Origin: an uncultured Poribacteria bacterium
GTDB lineage: Bacteria; Poribacteria; WGA-4E; WGA-3G
Reading direction: 5' to 3'
NCBI GenBank assembly: GCA_958296135.2
Contig: CATQHZ020000001.1
Span: forward strand, 3,840,001-3,904,000
Length of the DNA: 64,000 bases
Position 1 is the first letter of the stretch; the number at the start of each line of letters is the position of its first letter. A program made the position numbers and the translations under genes. Under the pieces are notes generated by a model. That model searched no databases. It was not told the DNA's origin and saw nothing but the letters and a program-made list of their open reading frames with translations. Below are positions 1-9,240 of this stretch, piece by piece.

Positions 1-37
1 TAGGTTTGCATGGTTCAGCATCTCCGTTTGTTGCCGG

Positions 38-190
38 CTACAAATGCTTGGCAACGATAGTCTTCAGAATCTGCACGATGCGTTCGGCCTCAAAGATGCC
101 GTTATATCGCTTTGACAGTTGGACAGCGAACGCCGGTTTCTCAGACGCAATCCCGCTAACAACACCTCGAACAAATGTCCAGTTGTCCGC
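38..190 (-). pseudogene. 3' remnant of a paralog of the PD-(D/E)xK-like protein at 23328-23984
   Basis: DNWTFVRGVVSGIASEKPAFAVQLSKRYNGIFEAERIVQILKTIVAKHL aligns with DTWAFVRGIISDIDTEKPTFTLEFSPDYNGISDAEHIVQLLKFIVAKQI at the end of 23328-23984; N-terminal three quarters missing. Confidence 0.75.
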
Positions 191-254
191 TAGTTTGACA
201 TTCTGGCGATGCCTTGCAGGGGTGAAGAATGTCCTCCCCGCCGAACATCGCCGA

Positions 255-1703
255 TTACAAGATGTTCCTCTCTCCGACAGGTATCTTGGGTAACCGGCCC
301 TCAAAGTGCTCCTGAATGAGGTAGAATTGGAGACGCGGATAGGCCATGTCCCACACCGGATGCTGCCACATCCCTGCCAAGAGGGCTTCGCGCCGCATGC
401 CGGGTGTCGGCGGCTTCGTCACAACGAATATTCCCAACTCGGCATCGGCGTTCACCATCGCAGTGCGAAACGCGCGCACCTGGTCCAACGTGAAATTGCC
501 ACCCTTGACTTGTGCCACCATCTTCCCATAGGCACGCCGGCCTTTCACCTTGCCTATCGGAAAGCGATAGGTGCCGTCAATGCCACCATCTGCCACTTTT
601 TTCGCGTTCGATTTGAATTGGAGAACGTGCGTGACGCACCATTCCTCAAACTCACGCGGGTTCTCGCGCGCCAGTTGGAGCGCAGTGTCCACATTCTCCG
701 GCGTGCCGGTGAGGACAATGCTGTCGGTGAGCTGCGGAAAAAACTTCTCCACTTGGAGTTTGACGGCACCCGTCGCAAGATACGTCAGATCGATGCCGAG
801 CCATCGGCGGTTGAGGGCCTCAGCTGCGATGAGCGTGGTGCCGCAGCCGCAGAAGGGATCGAGCACCAAGTCGCCTTCGTTCGTGGCGGCTTGGATAATC
901 CGTTTATAGAGCGCAATCGGCTTCTGCGTCGGATAACCAACCCGCTCTTTCGCCTGCGAGTTGAGATAGGAAATTTCCCACACATCCCGCATCGCCTTCT
1001 GCCGACTCGTATCACTCGTGTAGTCCTGCACGATACTGCCACTCGACTCTATCGTTGTCCTTCGTTTCCCTTTGTGCTTGGACTTAGGGCTATAAGGCTC
1101 TGTCAAAGCGTTAAACTGCACAGACGCTCTATCCTTGGCATAAAAGAGGATGATGTCGTGCATCCTTTGAAATCGACTTGTTGCCCCTGTCCATCGTTGA
1201 TAGGACCAGACGATTTCGTTCATGAAGTTCTCCGGTCCAAAAACTGCATCCATCAGGAGTTTCAGGTAGTGACTCGCTGTCGGATCGCAGTGGAGATAGA
1301 CAGACCCGGTTGGTTTGAGGATACGCCGCATCTCCACGAGACGGATAGCCATCATCGTCAGATACGCCAACATCGGCGTGTCCTTCAAAAACAGCGACAT
1401 TCCTTCTATCACCTCCCCGATTTTGCCACCCACATCGCAGATGAGTACCTCGCATGTCTGCGCCGCAGCGGGGCCCCATGTCCACGTATCAGTGAAGGCT
1501 TTGACAAGGGTATCGGGTTCATTGCCATGTTCATCACGATAGGGCACGAAATAGTCGCGCTTGGAATTGAACGGCGGATCCGTCGCTATGAGATCGAACG
1601 TATCATCGGGACATTTGCGCATCTCCTCCAGGTTATCCCCCCGGATGAGCATGCGCCCCTTGTTTAAAATGTCTATGAAAGCAGCATCTATACTATAGTG
1701 CAT
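255..1703 (-). CDS. Beta-class N6-adenine/N4-cytosine DNA methyltransferase fused to C-terminal Mrr-like restriction endonuclease domain (copy B)
   Basis: Motif IV DPPF precedes YPTQKP and motif I DPFCGCG (beta order); C-terminal EFEEW...ADGGIDG...QVK resembles the Mrr catalytic motif. Confidence 0.9.
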   Translation of the reverse strand: MHYSIDAAFIDILNKGRMLIRGDNLEEMRKCPDDTFDLIATDPPFNSKRDYFVPYRDEHGNEPDTLVKAFTDTWTWGPAAAQTCEVLICDVGGKIGEVIEGMSLFLKDTPMLAYLTMMAIRLVEMRRILKPTGSVYLHCDPTASHYLKLLMDAVFGPENFMNEIVWSYQRWTGATSRFQRMHDIILFYAKDRASVQFNALTEPYSPKSKHKGKRRTTIESSGSIVQDYTSDTSRQKAMRDVWEISYLNSQAKERVGYPTQKPIALYKRIIQAATNEGDLVLDPFCGCGTTLIAAEALNRRWLGIDLTYLATGAVKLQVEKFFPQLTDSIVLTGTPENVDTALQLARENPREFEEWCVTHVLQFKSNAKKVADGGIDGTYRFPIGKVKGRRAYGKMVAQVKGGNFTLDQVRAFRTAMVNADAELGIFVVTKPPTPGMRREALLAGMWQHPVWDMAYPRLQFYLIQEHFEGRLPKIPVGERNIL

Positions 1704-1796
1704 TGGGTAGCCCTCCGCTCAAAAATGCAGTTGATGAACAGAACGGCGCGCGTGGTAAGCGACAGGTTTGCATCGTTCAGAACCTCCTCTTTCGGT

Positions 1797-3248
1797 TTAC
1801 AAGATGTTCCTCTCTCCGACAGGTATCTTGGGTAACCGGCCCTCAAAGTGCTCCTGAATGAGGTAGAATTGAAGGCGCGGGTATTCCATGTCCCACACCG
1901 GATGCTGCCACATCCCTGCCAAGAGGGCTTCGCGCCGCATGCCGGGTGTCGGCGGCTTCGTCACAACGAATATCCCGAGTTCTGCATCGGCGTTCACCAT
2001 CGCAGTGCGAAACGCGCGCACCTGGTCCAACGTGAAATTGCCACCCTTGACTTGCGCCACCATCTTCCCATAGGCACGCCGGCCTTTCACCTTGCCTATC
2101 GGAAAGCGATAGGTGCCGTCAATGCCACCATCTGCCACTTTTTTCGCGTTCGATTTGAATTGGAGGACATGCGTGACGCACCATTCCTCAAACTCACGCG
2201 GGTTCTCGCGCGCCAGTTGGAGCGCAGTGTCCACATTCTCCGGCGTGCCGGTGAGGACAATGCTGTCGGTGAGCTGCGGAAAAAACTTCTCCACTTGGAG
2301 TTTGACGGCACCCGTCGCAAGATACGTCAGATCGATGCCGAGCCATCGGCGGTTGAGGGCCTCAGCTGCGATGAGCGTGGTGCCGCAGCCGCAGAAGGGA
2401 TCGAGCACCAAGTCGCCTTCGTTCGTGGCGGCTTGGATAATCCGTTTATAGAGCGCAATCGGCTTCTGCGTCGGATAACCAACCCGCTCTTTCGCTGTCG
2501 GCGGAATGAAATTGATGTCCTCCCATACGTCGTGCATCAACACACCTTCCCGCTGCGTTTCCCGCTTGATATAGCTGCCATCCTCGCCTCTCAACCGGAT
2601 GACCTTGCCATCAACAACACCGCGAACCGTATCTTCAATATACTTCTCGTTGGCATAAGCCTGTAGCGGTTTCGTAAAGAGATACCGGTCCGTTTTTGAA
2701 TACCAAAAGACGATGTCGTGCATCTTCTGAAACTGCTTGGAGGCAGCTGTCCACCTGCGATAATGCCACACAATCTCATTTCTGAAATTCGTCTGGCCGA
2801 AAACAGCGTCCATGATGAGTTTCAGGTAGTGACTTGCTGTCGGATCGCAGTGGAGATAGACAGACCCGGTTGGTTTGAGGATACGCCGCATCTCCACGAG
2901 ACGGATAGCCATCATCGTCAGATACGCCAACATCGGCGTGTCCTTCAAAAACAGCGACATTCCTTCTATCACCTCCCCGATTTTGCCACCCACATCGCAG
3001 ATCAGCACCTCGCATGTCTGCGCCGCGGCGGGGCCCCATGTCCACGTATCGGTGAAGGCCTTGACGAGGGTATCGGGTTCATTGCCGTGTTCATCACGAT
3101 AGGGCACGAAATAGTCGCGCTTGGAATTGAACGGCGGATCCGTCGCTATGAGATCGAACGTCTCATCGGGACATTTGCGCATCTCCTCCAGGTTATCCCC
3201 CCGGATAAGCGCGCGCCCGCTGTTGAAGAGGTTGTGTGTGGACTGCAT
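1797..3248 (-). CDS. Beta-class DNA methyltransferase fused to Mrr-like endonuclease domain (copy A)
   Basis: Same motifs as copy B; likely ATG at 3248 (MQSTHNLF) directly after the upstream stop at 3250; nearly identical to copy B outside 2496-2816. Confidence 0.9.
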   Translation of the reverse strand: MQSTHNLFNSGRALIRGDNLEEMRKCPDETFDLIATDPPFNSKRDYFVPYRDEHGNEPDTLVKAFTDTWTWGPAAAQTCEVLICDVGGKIGEVIEGMSLFLKDTPMLAYLTMMAIRLVEMRRILKPTGSVYLHCDPTASHYLKLIMDAVFGQTNFRNEIVWHYRRWTAASKQFQKMHDIVFWYSKTDRYLFTKPLQAYANEKYIEDTVRGVVDGKVIRLRGEDGSYIKRETQREGVLMHDVWEDINFIPPTAKERVGYPTQKPIALYKRIIQAATNEGDLVLDPFCGCGTTLIAAEALNRRWLGIDLTYLATGAVKLQVEKFFPQLTDSIVLTGTPENVDTALQLARENPREFEEWCVTHVLQFKSNAKKVADGGIDGTYRFPIGKVKGRRAYGKMVAQVKGGNFTLDQVRAFRTAMVNADAELGIFVVTKPPTPGMRREALLAGMWQHPVWDMEYPRLQFYLIQEHFEGRLPKIPVGERNIL

Positions 3249-3249
3249 T

Positions 3250-5079
3250 TTAAAAGAATCCATTGATGAACAGAACAGCACGCGTCGTATTTGCTTCCTG
3301 AAATCCGGTCGCATACAAGACGTTCGTTTCGTCAAGATAGGTATAGTTATTCGCCCCGAAAAAGTGCGTGATTTCAAAATTTAAGCGGAACGTTCGGCCG
3401 AAATCGTAGTGGATGCCGCCGCCCCAATCAGATAAGTTCGCGCCGAAGTCAAAGACACGGAAGTTTTGACTGTCAAGTGCGGCGTTTCTAAAATCGAGCC
3501 GTACCGTGCTAAAATATGCAAACGCACGTGCTTCTCGGTAACGATAAACATTATGATTCCGAACCCAAATTAAGTCAAGTTGCATTCGGTTATCCCATGA
3601 TGCCTCGGTGGCCCTATCGTCCTGATTGAAGGTGCCGCGGAAGTCCTCAAAATCTTGCGAGCGGTAGTAGTTGGTATCGCTCATCCGGATGTAGGCAAGC
3701 CGATTCGAGAGCGCGAGCCGAAGGTTTTCGTTCAAATCGTAAGCCACGGTAAGTTTCGCATTCGCCATATCGCGGATAATCTCCTGGTCAAAATCGGCCC
3801 TGGTATACAAATCCGCATCCAGATCATCCTGATTGTCTATCTCCACATCCTGCAAGTCGCGAGTGTAACGCAGTTTCAGTTCCGTTTGGAACATCGCGGG
3901 CATCAGCGTCGTCCGCCGCGCATATTTTTTGAAGGTGCGTTCGTCACGATTAAAATAATAGATATTCCCTTTCTTGTCAATTCCTTTCAGTAGGAGTGCC
4001 GCATCCGCTTCCCGTTCTCGCTGGAAGGGGACGAGTAGTTTTTGGGTGAAGTCTCCCGCCGTCGTGAACCTTTGCACGCGTCGGAGGCGATACCGAAAGG
4101 TGCGTCCCTCTGTGGGTAGGAGCATCTTCCCGGCTGTGACACCGGCGTTTAGGAATCGCCTCGGGTCGTCAAGTCGCTGCGGGAGCGTGGAGACGAAATC
4201 CTTTTGATACTTCGCCTTGTCCGCGACGAGGAGCGTTCCGTCTGTCAACGCCGCGATGCGGAATGGCGCGATAAATTGTCCATCCGCGTCGCCATAGTCG
4301 CCAAAAGCGCGCGCAAACGTGCCATCGGCCCCATATTTCAAAACGCGATGTCCCTTTTCATCAACAATATAGAGGTTGCCAGCCGCGTCTACCGTCATAT
4401 CCGCGGGCTGAATCACTTGTCCCGCGCCGGGTTGCGCGATGGCATAGCGGGCAATCGGTTGGCCATCGCTATTCAGTTTGTAAACTACGCCCTTATCACA
4501 AACGTAGAGATTTCCTTCGGCATCCACGCTCAATAAAAAGGAACGCTTCGTGTCGCCGTTTGGGATGATAATAGCGTAGTTGCCCTCGGCATCAAGTCCG
4601 GGGGCAGCGGCTTCAAGGCTTTTCAGTTTCTGGTTCAGAACTTCAAGTGGATAACTGGCGAGAAACGCGCCTTGTGCATCAAATTTGTGGATACCGGGCC
4701 CGTAGTTAAAAATTCTCGGGTTCTCCGTATTCGAGATGTGCATCAACATCCAATCCATGACGTAGATGGCACCATCCACACCGACAGCGATGGCAGTAGG
4801 ATTGATGAAGCGAAACACCCCCGGGTCTTCCATCTGGATGTCAAAGATAAAAGTACCGGTGCTACTGAATTTCTGGATTCTGAAGTTATCAGTATCCGTA
4901 ACGTAGATGGCCCCATCGGGACTGAACGCTATGGACACGGTTTTTGCGAGTTGCCCTTCCTGTTCGCCTTTTCCGCCGAATTCACCGACGAATTCAAACG
5001 TTTGCGCGGCACTCACCCGCAAGGGGATGAGACAGAGTAGGAAAAGCGTTAAGTTTTTTAGTATTGCCTTACGGAGCAT
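3250..5079 (-). CDS. Secreted NHL-repeat beta-propeller protein with probable C-terminal outer-membrane beta-barrel
   Basis: Signal peptide MLRKAILKNLTLFLLCLIPLRVSA; NHL repeats (DGAIYVTDTDNFRIQKF, AGNLYIVDEKGHRVLKY); amphipathic strands in the C-terminal third ending in Phe. Confidence 0.75.
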   Translation of the reverse strand: MLRKAILKNLTLFLLCLIPLRVSAAQTFEFVGEFGGKGEQEGQLAKTVSIAFSPDGAIYVTDTDNFRIQKFSSTGTFIFDIQMEDPGVFRFINPTAIAVGVDGAIYVMDWMLMHISNTENPRIFNYGPGIHKFDAQGAFLASYPLEVLNQKLKSLEAAAPGLDAEGNYAIIIPNGDTKRSFLLSVDAEGNLYVCDKGVVYKLNSDGQPIARYAIAQPGAGQVIQPADMTVDAAGNLYIVDEKGHRVLKYGADGTFARAFGDYGDADGQFIAPFRIAALTDGTLLVADKAKYQKDFVSTLPQRLDDPRRFLNAGVTAGKMLLPTEGRTFRYRLRRVQRFTTAGDFTQKLLVPFQREREADAALLLKGIDKKGNIYYFNRDERTFKKYARRTTLMPAMFQTELKLRYTRDLQDVEIDNQDDLDADLYTRADFDQEIIRDMANAKLTVAYDLNENLRLALSNRLAYIRMSDTNYYRSQDFEDFRGTFNQDDRATEASWDNRMQLDLIWVRNHNVYRYREARAFAYFSTVRLDFRNAALDSQNFRVFDFGANLSDWGGGIHYDFGRTFRLNFEITHFFGANNYTYLDETNVLYATGFQEANTTRAVLFINGFF

Positions 5080-5194
5080 CGTAGTCCTTTCACCGCCATA
5101 ATGTCGCGGGGCCAATCTCGTCAGAGGGTGTCTATACCGCACTGATAAACCTAGCCACATCTCATTAAATGTGCAAGTATCTGTCCAACGTGGG

Positions 5195-6387
5195 TTAGGC
5201 AGTTGCAAAATGGATGAGGGCTTGGTTCGGTTTGATCTTCCGCCTTCCACGCGTCCAGCCTACTCCCGTAGGTGTTACAGACGCTCCAACGGCGTTTCGG
5301 GTCTCATCCGTGCTGGAAGCGACCTGCTTCAGATTTATCGCGGCGTTCACGTCTCTGTCTGCTTCAAACCCACAGACACCGCAATGATAATGGCGTTCCG
5401 ATAGCGACACCTTCTGCTTAACATAACCGCAAGAACTGCATCGCTTGGTAGACGGCCAGAACCTGTCTGCTTCTACAATGCTAATACCACGTCGCACCGC
5501 CTTATATTTCAGTTTGACGAGAAAACCACCGAGGCTTGCATCGGCAAGTGCCTTGCTAAGCTTGCGGTTTTTCATCAAACCTTTGACGGAGAGGCTTTCT
5601 ATACCGAGAGCAGAGATACCTTGCAGAATGCGATGTGTTGCTTGGTGATGCGCATCGCTACGGATATTCGTGATTCGCATAAGCAAACGTGCTAGCAATG
5701 CCTTCGCCTTCCACCATCCACCTGAGCGGTATTGCTTGCGTGAAAGGCTTTGACTCAGACGTTTCAATTTGCGTTCCTGCGTGCGTAAGGCACGAGGATT
5801 TTCATAAACCGTGCCATCGTCCATCGTGGCGAGGGCAGATATACCGACATCGCAGCCTGCTACGGGCAGGGCTGACGTATCGGGCGGTTCGGGTGCGTCT
5901 ACGTCAAAGAGCATACTGATAAACCACCTGTGAGCTGTCCGTGAAATGACAGCACGCCTGACAGAACCTGTCCAGCGAGACGTATCTTGCCGATTTTCGG
6001 GAGGATGACGTGTGTGCTATCCTCCGATACCTTGACGCTATCCACGCCGTTGTCAATCTGAAACGATGAACGGCTGTTATGCTTCTTCCGCTTCGGGAAG
6101 TTATTCTGTCCCGATTTCCAACGTTGGATAGCGTCATGGAAGTTGTGAATGGCGTTCTTCCCTGCATTTTGTGACAGGTCACAAATGTCGGGGAATACCT
6201 CACGCTTACGTTGATTAAACAGCTTCTTCAAATCGTAAACCGAACGGAATTCGCCTGCTTCGAGACCTGCTTTGAAATCGGAATGTGCTGCATTATAGGC
6301 ATTCCGTGCGAAGTCGCAATGCTGATTGAGCAGCTGCCGCTGCGCCTGAGTCGGTTGAAGTGCTGTCTTGTGGGCTAGAAGTGCCAT
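5195..6387 (-). pseudogene. tnpB: TnpB RNA-guided endonuclease, frameshifted near 5975
   Basis: N-terminal ORF 5899-6387 (AHKTALQPT HTH, FPKRK, LPKIG); C-terminal ORF has RuvC DVG, E (GIESL), CxxC/CxxC zinc finger and DRDVNAA; the linking VISRTAHRWFISM is in the C-terminal frame. Confidence 0.9.
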
Positions 6388-6389
6388 CT

Positions 6390-6840
6390 GTGAGTTCCAG
6401 TTCGATTTGCTTTTGCGGATTCGGCGTAGCGCCAGCCGTTTACGTCTTGCGCGAAGACGTGCTGTTTGTTATTACAAACAGCACTACGCCGAATCCGAAA
6501 GGAGGCGTTGTGTGCCGCCGTGAGTGCCTCGATCGGCTTATGCTGGCGGAAACCACTGACGCGGACATAACACATCGGAGGCGCATCGAGGGATTTCAGA
6601 CCATCAGGGCACCTGTGGCGTCGCAGCGAGTGCCACCTTTCGTTTTCCGTGCAGGTAGCAATTCGCCTGTCTCCTCTGCCGATTTTGACGGAGGTTGTTT
6701 GGTACTAAAAACAACCGAAGATGTGTTTTTTGGAAACCTTCGCAAAAAACACTGCGTCAAAATCGGACCACCTACGCAGCGTCTCTCGTGGTGCCGAGTC
6801 ACTCGGCAGCCTCACCCATCTTAACTCTTATGTTTTCCAT
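6390..6840 (-). pseudogene. tnpA: IS607-family transposase TnpA (MerR HTH + serine recombinase), degraded
   Basis: Manual translation across frames: MENIRVKMGEAAE*LGTT..ETLRRW / EETGELLPARKTKGGTR / DAPPMCYVRVS; in-frame stop, frameshifts, insertion and a large deletion. Confidence 0.8.
6677..6767. mobile_element. 91-bp MITE-like insert with 12-bp inverted repeats inside tnpA
   Basis: CCGATTTTGACG at 6679-6690 and its reverse complement at 6755-6766; removal restores RRW|EET in frame. Confidence 0.7.
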
Positions 6841-6925
6841 ATCTCTACGTTATACCCCATTTTTAGAGACACTGCAAATAAAAAATGCAGTTGATGTAGA
6901 GGATGACGGATTTAACCCGATATGT

Positions 6926-7366
6926 CTAGGTTATTACGCACTGCACCGAGCCCCGTTTAAATTCGGATGCCTTTTTTCGGATGTTATCCAGAATACCGTT
7001 CACAAACTTCGGCGAATCCGGAGTGCTATAGGTTTTGGCAATCTCAACCGCCTCGTTGATGGAGGTGGCCGCGTCGATTTCCTCACAATAGAGGATTTCA
7101 TACGTCGCGCATCGCAGGATAGACAGGTCGACGACAGGCATCCGGTGCAACTTCCAATTTTTCGACGTGGCTTGAATCACCGCATCAATGGCCTCCCTAT
7201 TTGCAACGGTATTTTGAACGAGCATCGTCGCGAACGGCCGAAATTCCGTTGGCGTTCCATGGTTCTGCCAGAACCTGTTGATGACATCTTGCACGGGGGC
7301 ATCTGTCAACTGAATCTGATATAATAGCTGCATCGCGATGATGCGCGATTTTCTCCGAGACGACAT
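6926..7366 (-). CDS. nusB: Transcription antitermination factor NusB
   Basis: RRKSRIIAMQLLYQ, DLSILR, INEAVEIAKTY, FVNGILD motifs. Confidence 0.97.
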   Translation of the reverse strand: MSSRRKSRIIAMQLLYQIQLTDAPVQDVINRFWQNHGTPTEFRPFATMLVQNTVANREAIDAVIQATSKNWKLHRMPVVDLSILRCATYEILYCEEIDAATSINEAVEIAKTYSTPDSPKFVNGILDNIRKKASEFKRGSVQCVIT

Positions 7367-7410
7367 AGCGTATCCTTTAGTGAAAAATTTAGGTTTAACC
7401 CACGTCTGAT

Positions 7411-7439
7411 ATTATACACCATTTCACACGGTGTGTCAA
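7411..7439 (-). promoter_or_regulatory. Sigma70 promoter for nusB
   Basis: TTGACA-17 bp-TATAAT on minus strand. Confidence 0.8.
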
Positions 7440-7523
7440 ACGAAAATGAATCGCGGATTCGCACGGCGAAAAGATTTTCAGAAGTTAAGGAGCAGCACCC
7501 TCTAGCCGTGTCGCGAAAAATTC

Positions 7524-7552
7524 TTGACATTTATGTGAAAATCTCTTAAAAT
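7524..7552 (+). promoter_or_regulatory. Sigma70 promoter for the ggt operon
   Basis: TTGACA-17 bp-TAAAAT upstream of ATG 7588. Confidence 0.7.
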
Positions 7553-7587
7553 TTGACACATTAGCCTTTTAAGAAAGGAAACCCCTT

Positions 7588-9186
7588 ATGGATTGTAACC
7601 AGAGAGACTACGGAACTGTTGCCGGCCCGCACCCGCGCACTGCAAAAGCAGGACTCGAAATGCTTATTGCAGGCGGAAACGCTGTAGATGCCGCCGTCGC
7701 CGCCGCATTCACAGAGGGAGTTGTTGAACCCTCACACAACGGCATCGCGGGTTACGGCGGGTGTATGCTCATTTACCGCAAGAAGACACAAGATGTCCTC
7801 GCTATAGATTACAACACCGCCGCGCCCGCCGCGGCCTCGGCGGACATGTTTACCATCGAAAAAGCAGACGTTCCCGCGGGCTATCGGGTGCCGGGGCGCG
7901 TGAACGTGCACGGCCCGCTGTCCATCGGTGTGCCGGGTGTCGTCGCAGGATTGTGCCTGGCGTTAGAGGAATTCGGCACGATGTCCCTCGCTGATGTTCT
8001 CCGGCCGGCCATCCATTCAGCGCGCTACGGCTACGCGCCTAACAGTGCAAACCGCAGCGGCATCGCAGCGAATGCTGAACGGTGGAAGCAAGAATTCCCA
8101 GAAACGGCGCGCGTCTTCCTTAAAAATGGCAGCCCGCCGAAAAAAGGGGAAACGCTCACGAACCCAGAACTCGCCAGAACCCTAGAAGCTGTCGCTGAAG
8201 GCGGTGGCCCCGCGTTTTACGAAGGAAAAATAGCGGAGACACTAGCGAACCACATTCAGGAACTGGGGGGATGCTTAACCGCCGAAGATCTGAAGAACTA
8301 TCGTCCCTTTATTACGGAACCGTATGAAATCTTCTATCGGGGCTATTCGGTGTATACGGCTCCCCTCGGCGCGGGCGGGCTAACGACATTGCAGATGCTC
8401 CGCTTAGTTGAGGAATATGATATGGCGGCGATGGCTGTAGCCGAACGGTTCCATCTCTTCGCCGAGGCCATGAAGGTGTGCTGGCCCGAACGCCTCCGCC
8501 GGTTCGGAGACCCGAGTTTCGTTGAGATAGACATAGCCGAAGAACTATCGGATAACTTCACTGCAACACGCCGCAAAAAACTGAAGGCAGGGCTGGCATC
8601 GCCGCAGCCCGGCGAAGTTGTCTACCACGAACCAATGAATTGCACAAGCCATATCTCCACCGCGGATGCAGATGGAAATATGGTGTCGTTGACACAGACG
8701 CACGGCGGCGGATTCGGTTCAATGGTCACGGTGCCCAGCACCGGATTGCTCTTCGGGCACGGGGTAGGCCGTTTTGACCCGAGGCCAGGGCTTGCCAACT
8801 CTATCGGCCCCGGGAAACGTCCGTTGCACAATATGGCACCGTTCCTCGCTTTGCGCGACGGCCTGCCGTTTGCCACCTACGGCATCCCCGGCGGCCGCAC
8901 TATTCCAAACAACCAACTTAACATCAGCGTCAGCCTGATGGATTTGCAAGTACCAATTCAGGACGCGTTAGACGCACCCCGGATTCACACCGATGGGGCC
9001 GAACCAATTCAGGTGGAGACGCGTGCTGGCGAAGAGACGCGTGCTGCCCTGCAGAAACTCGGCCACGCAGTTACGGAAAGCAGCGGCATCGGCGGGCCCG
9101 GGCACGGCATCGTCTTGTGGGCTGACGGCAAGCACCACGCCGGCGGCACAGATCCGCGCGGCGAAGGCAAAGTCCTTGCGCGCTAA
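7588..9186 (+). CDS. ggt: Gamma-glutamyltransferase family protein
   Basis: GGNAVDAAVAAAF, GVPG, catalytic TSHIS, PGKRPLH, DPR motifs. Confidence 0.92.
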   Translation: MDCNQRDYGTVAGPHPRTAKAGLEMLIAGGNAVDAAVAAAFTEGVVEPSHNGIAGYGGCMLIYRKKTQDVLAIDYNTAAPAAASADMFTIEKADVPAGYRVPGRVNVHGPLSIGVPGVVAGLCLALEEFGTMSLADVLRPAIHSARYGYAPNSANRSGIAANAERWKQEFPETARVFLKNGSPPKKGETLTNPELARTLEAVAEGGGPAFYEGKIAETLANHIQELGGCLTAEDLKNYRPFITEPYEIFYRGYSVYTAPLGAGGLTTLQMLRLVEEYDMAAMAVAERFHLFAEAMKVCWPERLRRFGDPSFVEIDIAEELSDNFTATRRKKLKAGLASPQPGEVVYHEPMNCTSHISTADADGNMVSLTQTHGGGFGSMVTVPSTGLLFGHGVGRFDPRPGLANSIGPGKRPLHNMAPFLALRDGLPFATYGIPGGRTIPNNQLNISVSLMDLQVPIQDALDAPRIHTDGAEPIQVETRAGEETRAALQKLGHAVTESSGIGGPGHGIVLWADGKHHAGGTDPRGEGKVLAR

Positions 9187-9240
9187 GCAAGCCATGACTT
9201 TGATATCTTTTTTATCAACAACACAAGGAATCTTGACACT

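Larger units (their letters stand above)
5135..6860 (-). mobile_element. Degenerate IS607-family insertion sequence (tnpA serine recombinase + tnpB); ends approximate
   Basis: Remnants of MerR-HTH/serine recombinase tnpA followed by tnpB on the same strand. Confidence 0.8.

Noticed and set aside
306-1667. 453-aa plus-strand ORF and other long antisense ORFs (1848-2666, 61144-62085, 63278-63931)
   Set aside because: Shadows of well-supported genes on the opposite strand; no recognisable motifs.
255-3248. Diversity-generating retroelement or invertible shufflon explanation for the MTase pair
   Set aside because: No reverse transcriptase or intact invertase nearby; copies are direct rather than inverted; differences form a block and are not adenine-specific.
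5195-5914. Stand-alone Cas12f or intact short TnpB
   Set aside because: It is the C-terminal half of a frameshifted tnpB within an IS607 relic; no CRISPR array.
6881-6896. 16-nt match AAAAATGCAGTTGATG to 1721-1736
   Set aside because: Single short AT-rich match with no supporting structure; treated as chance.
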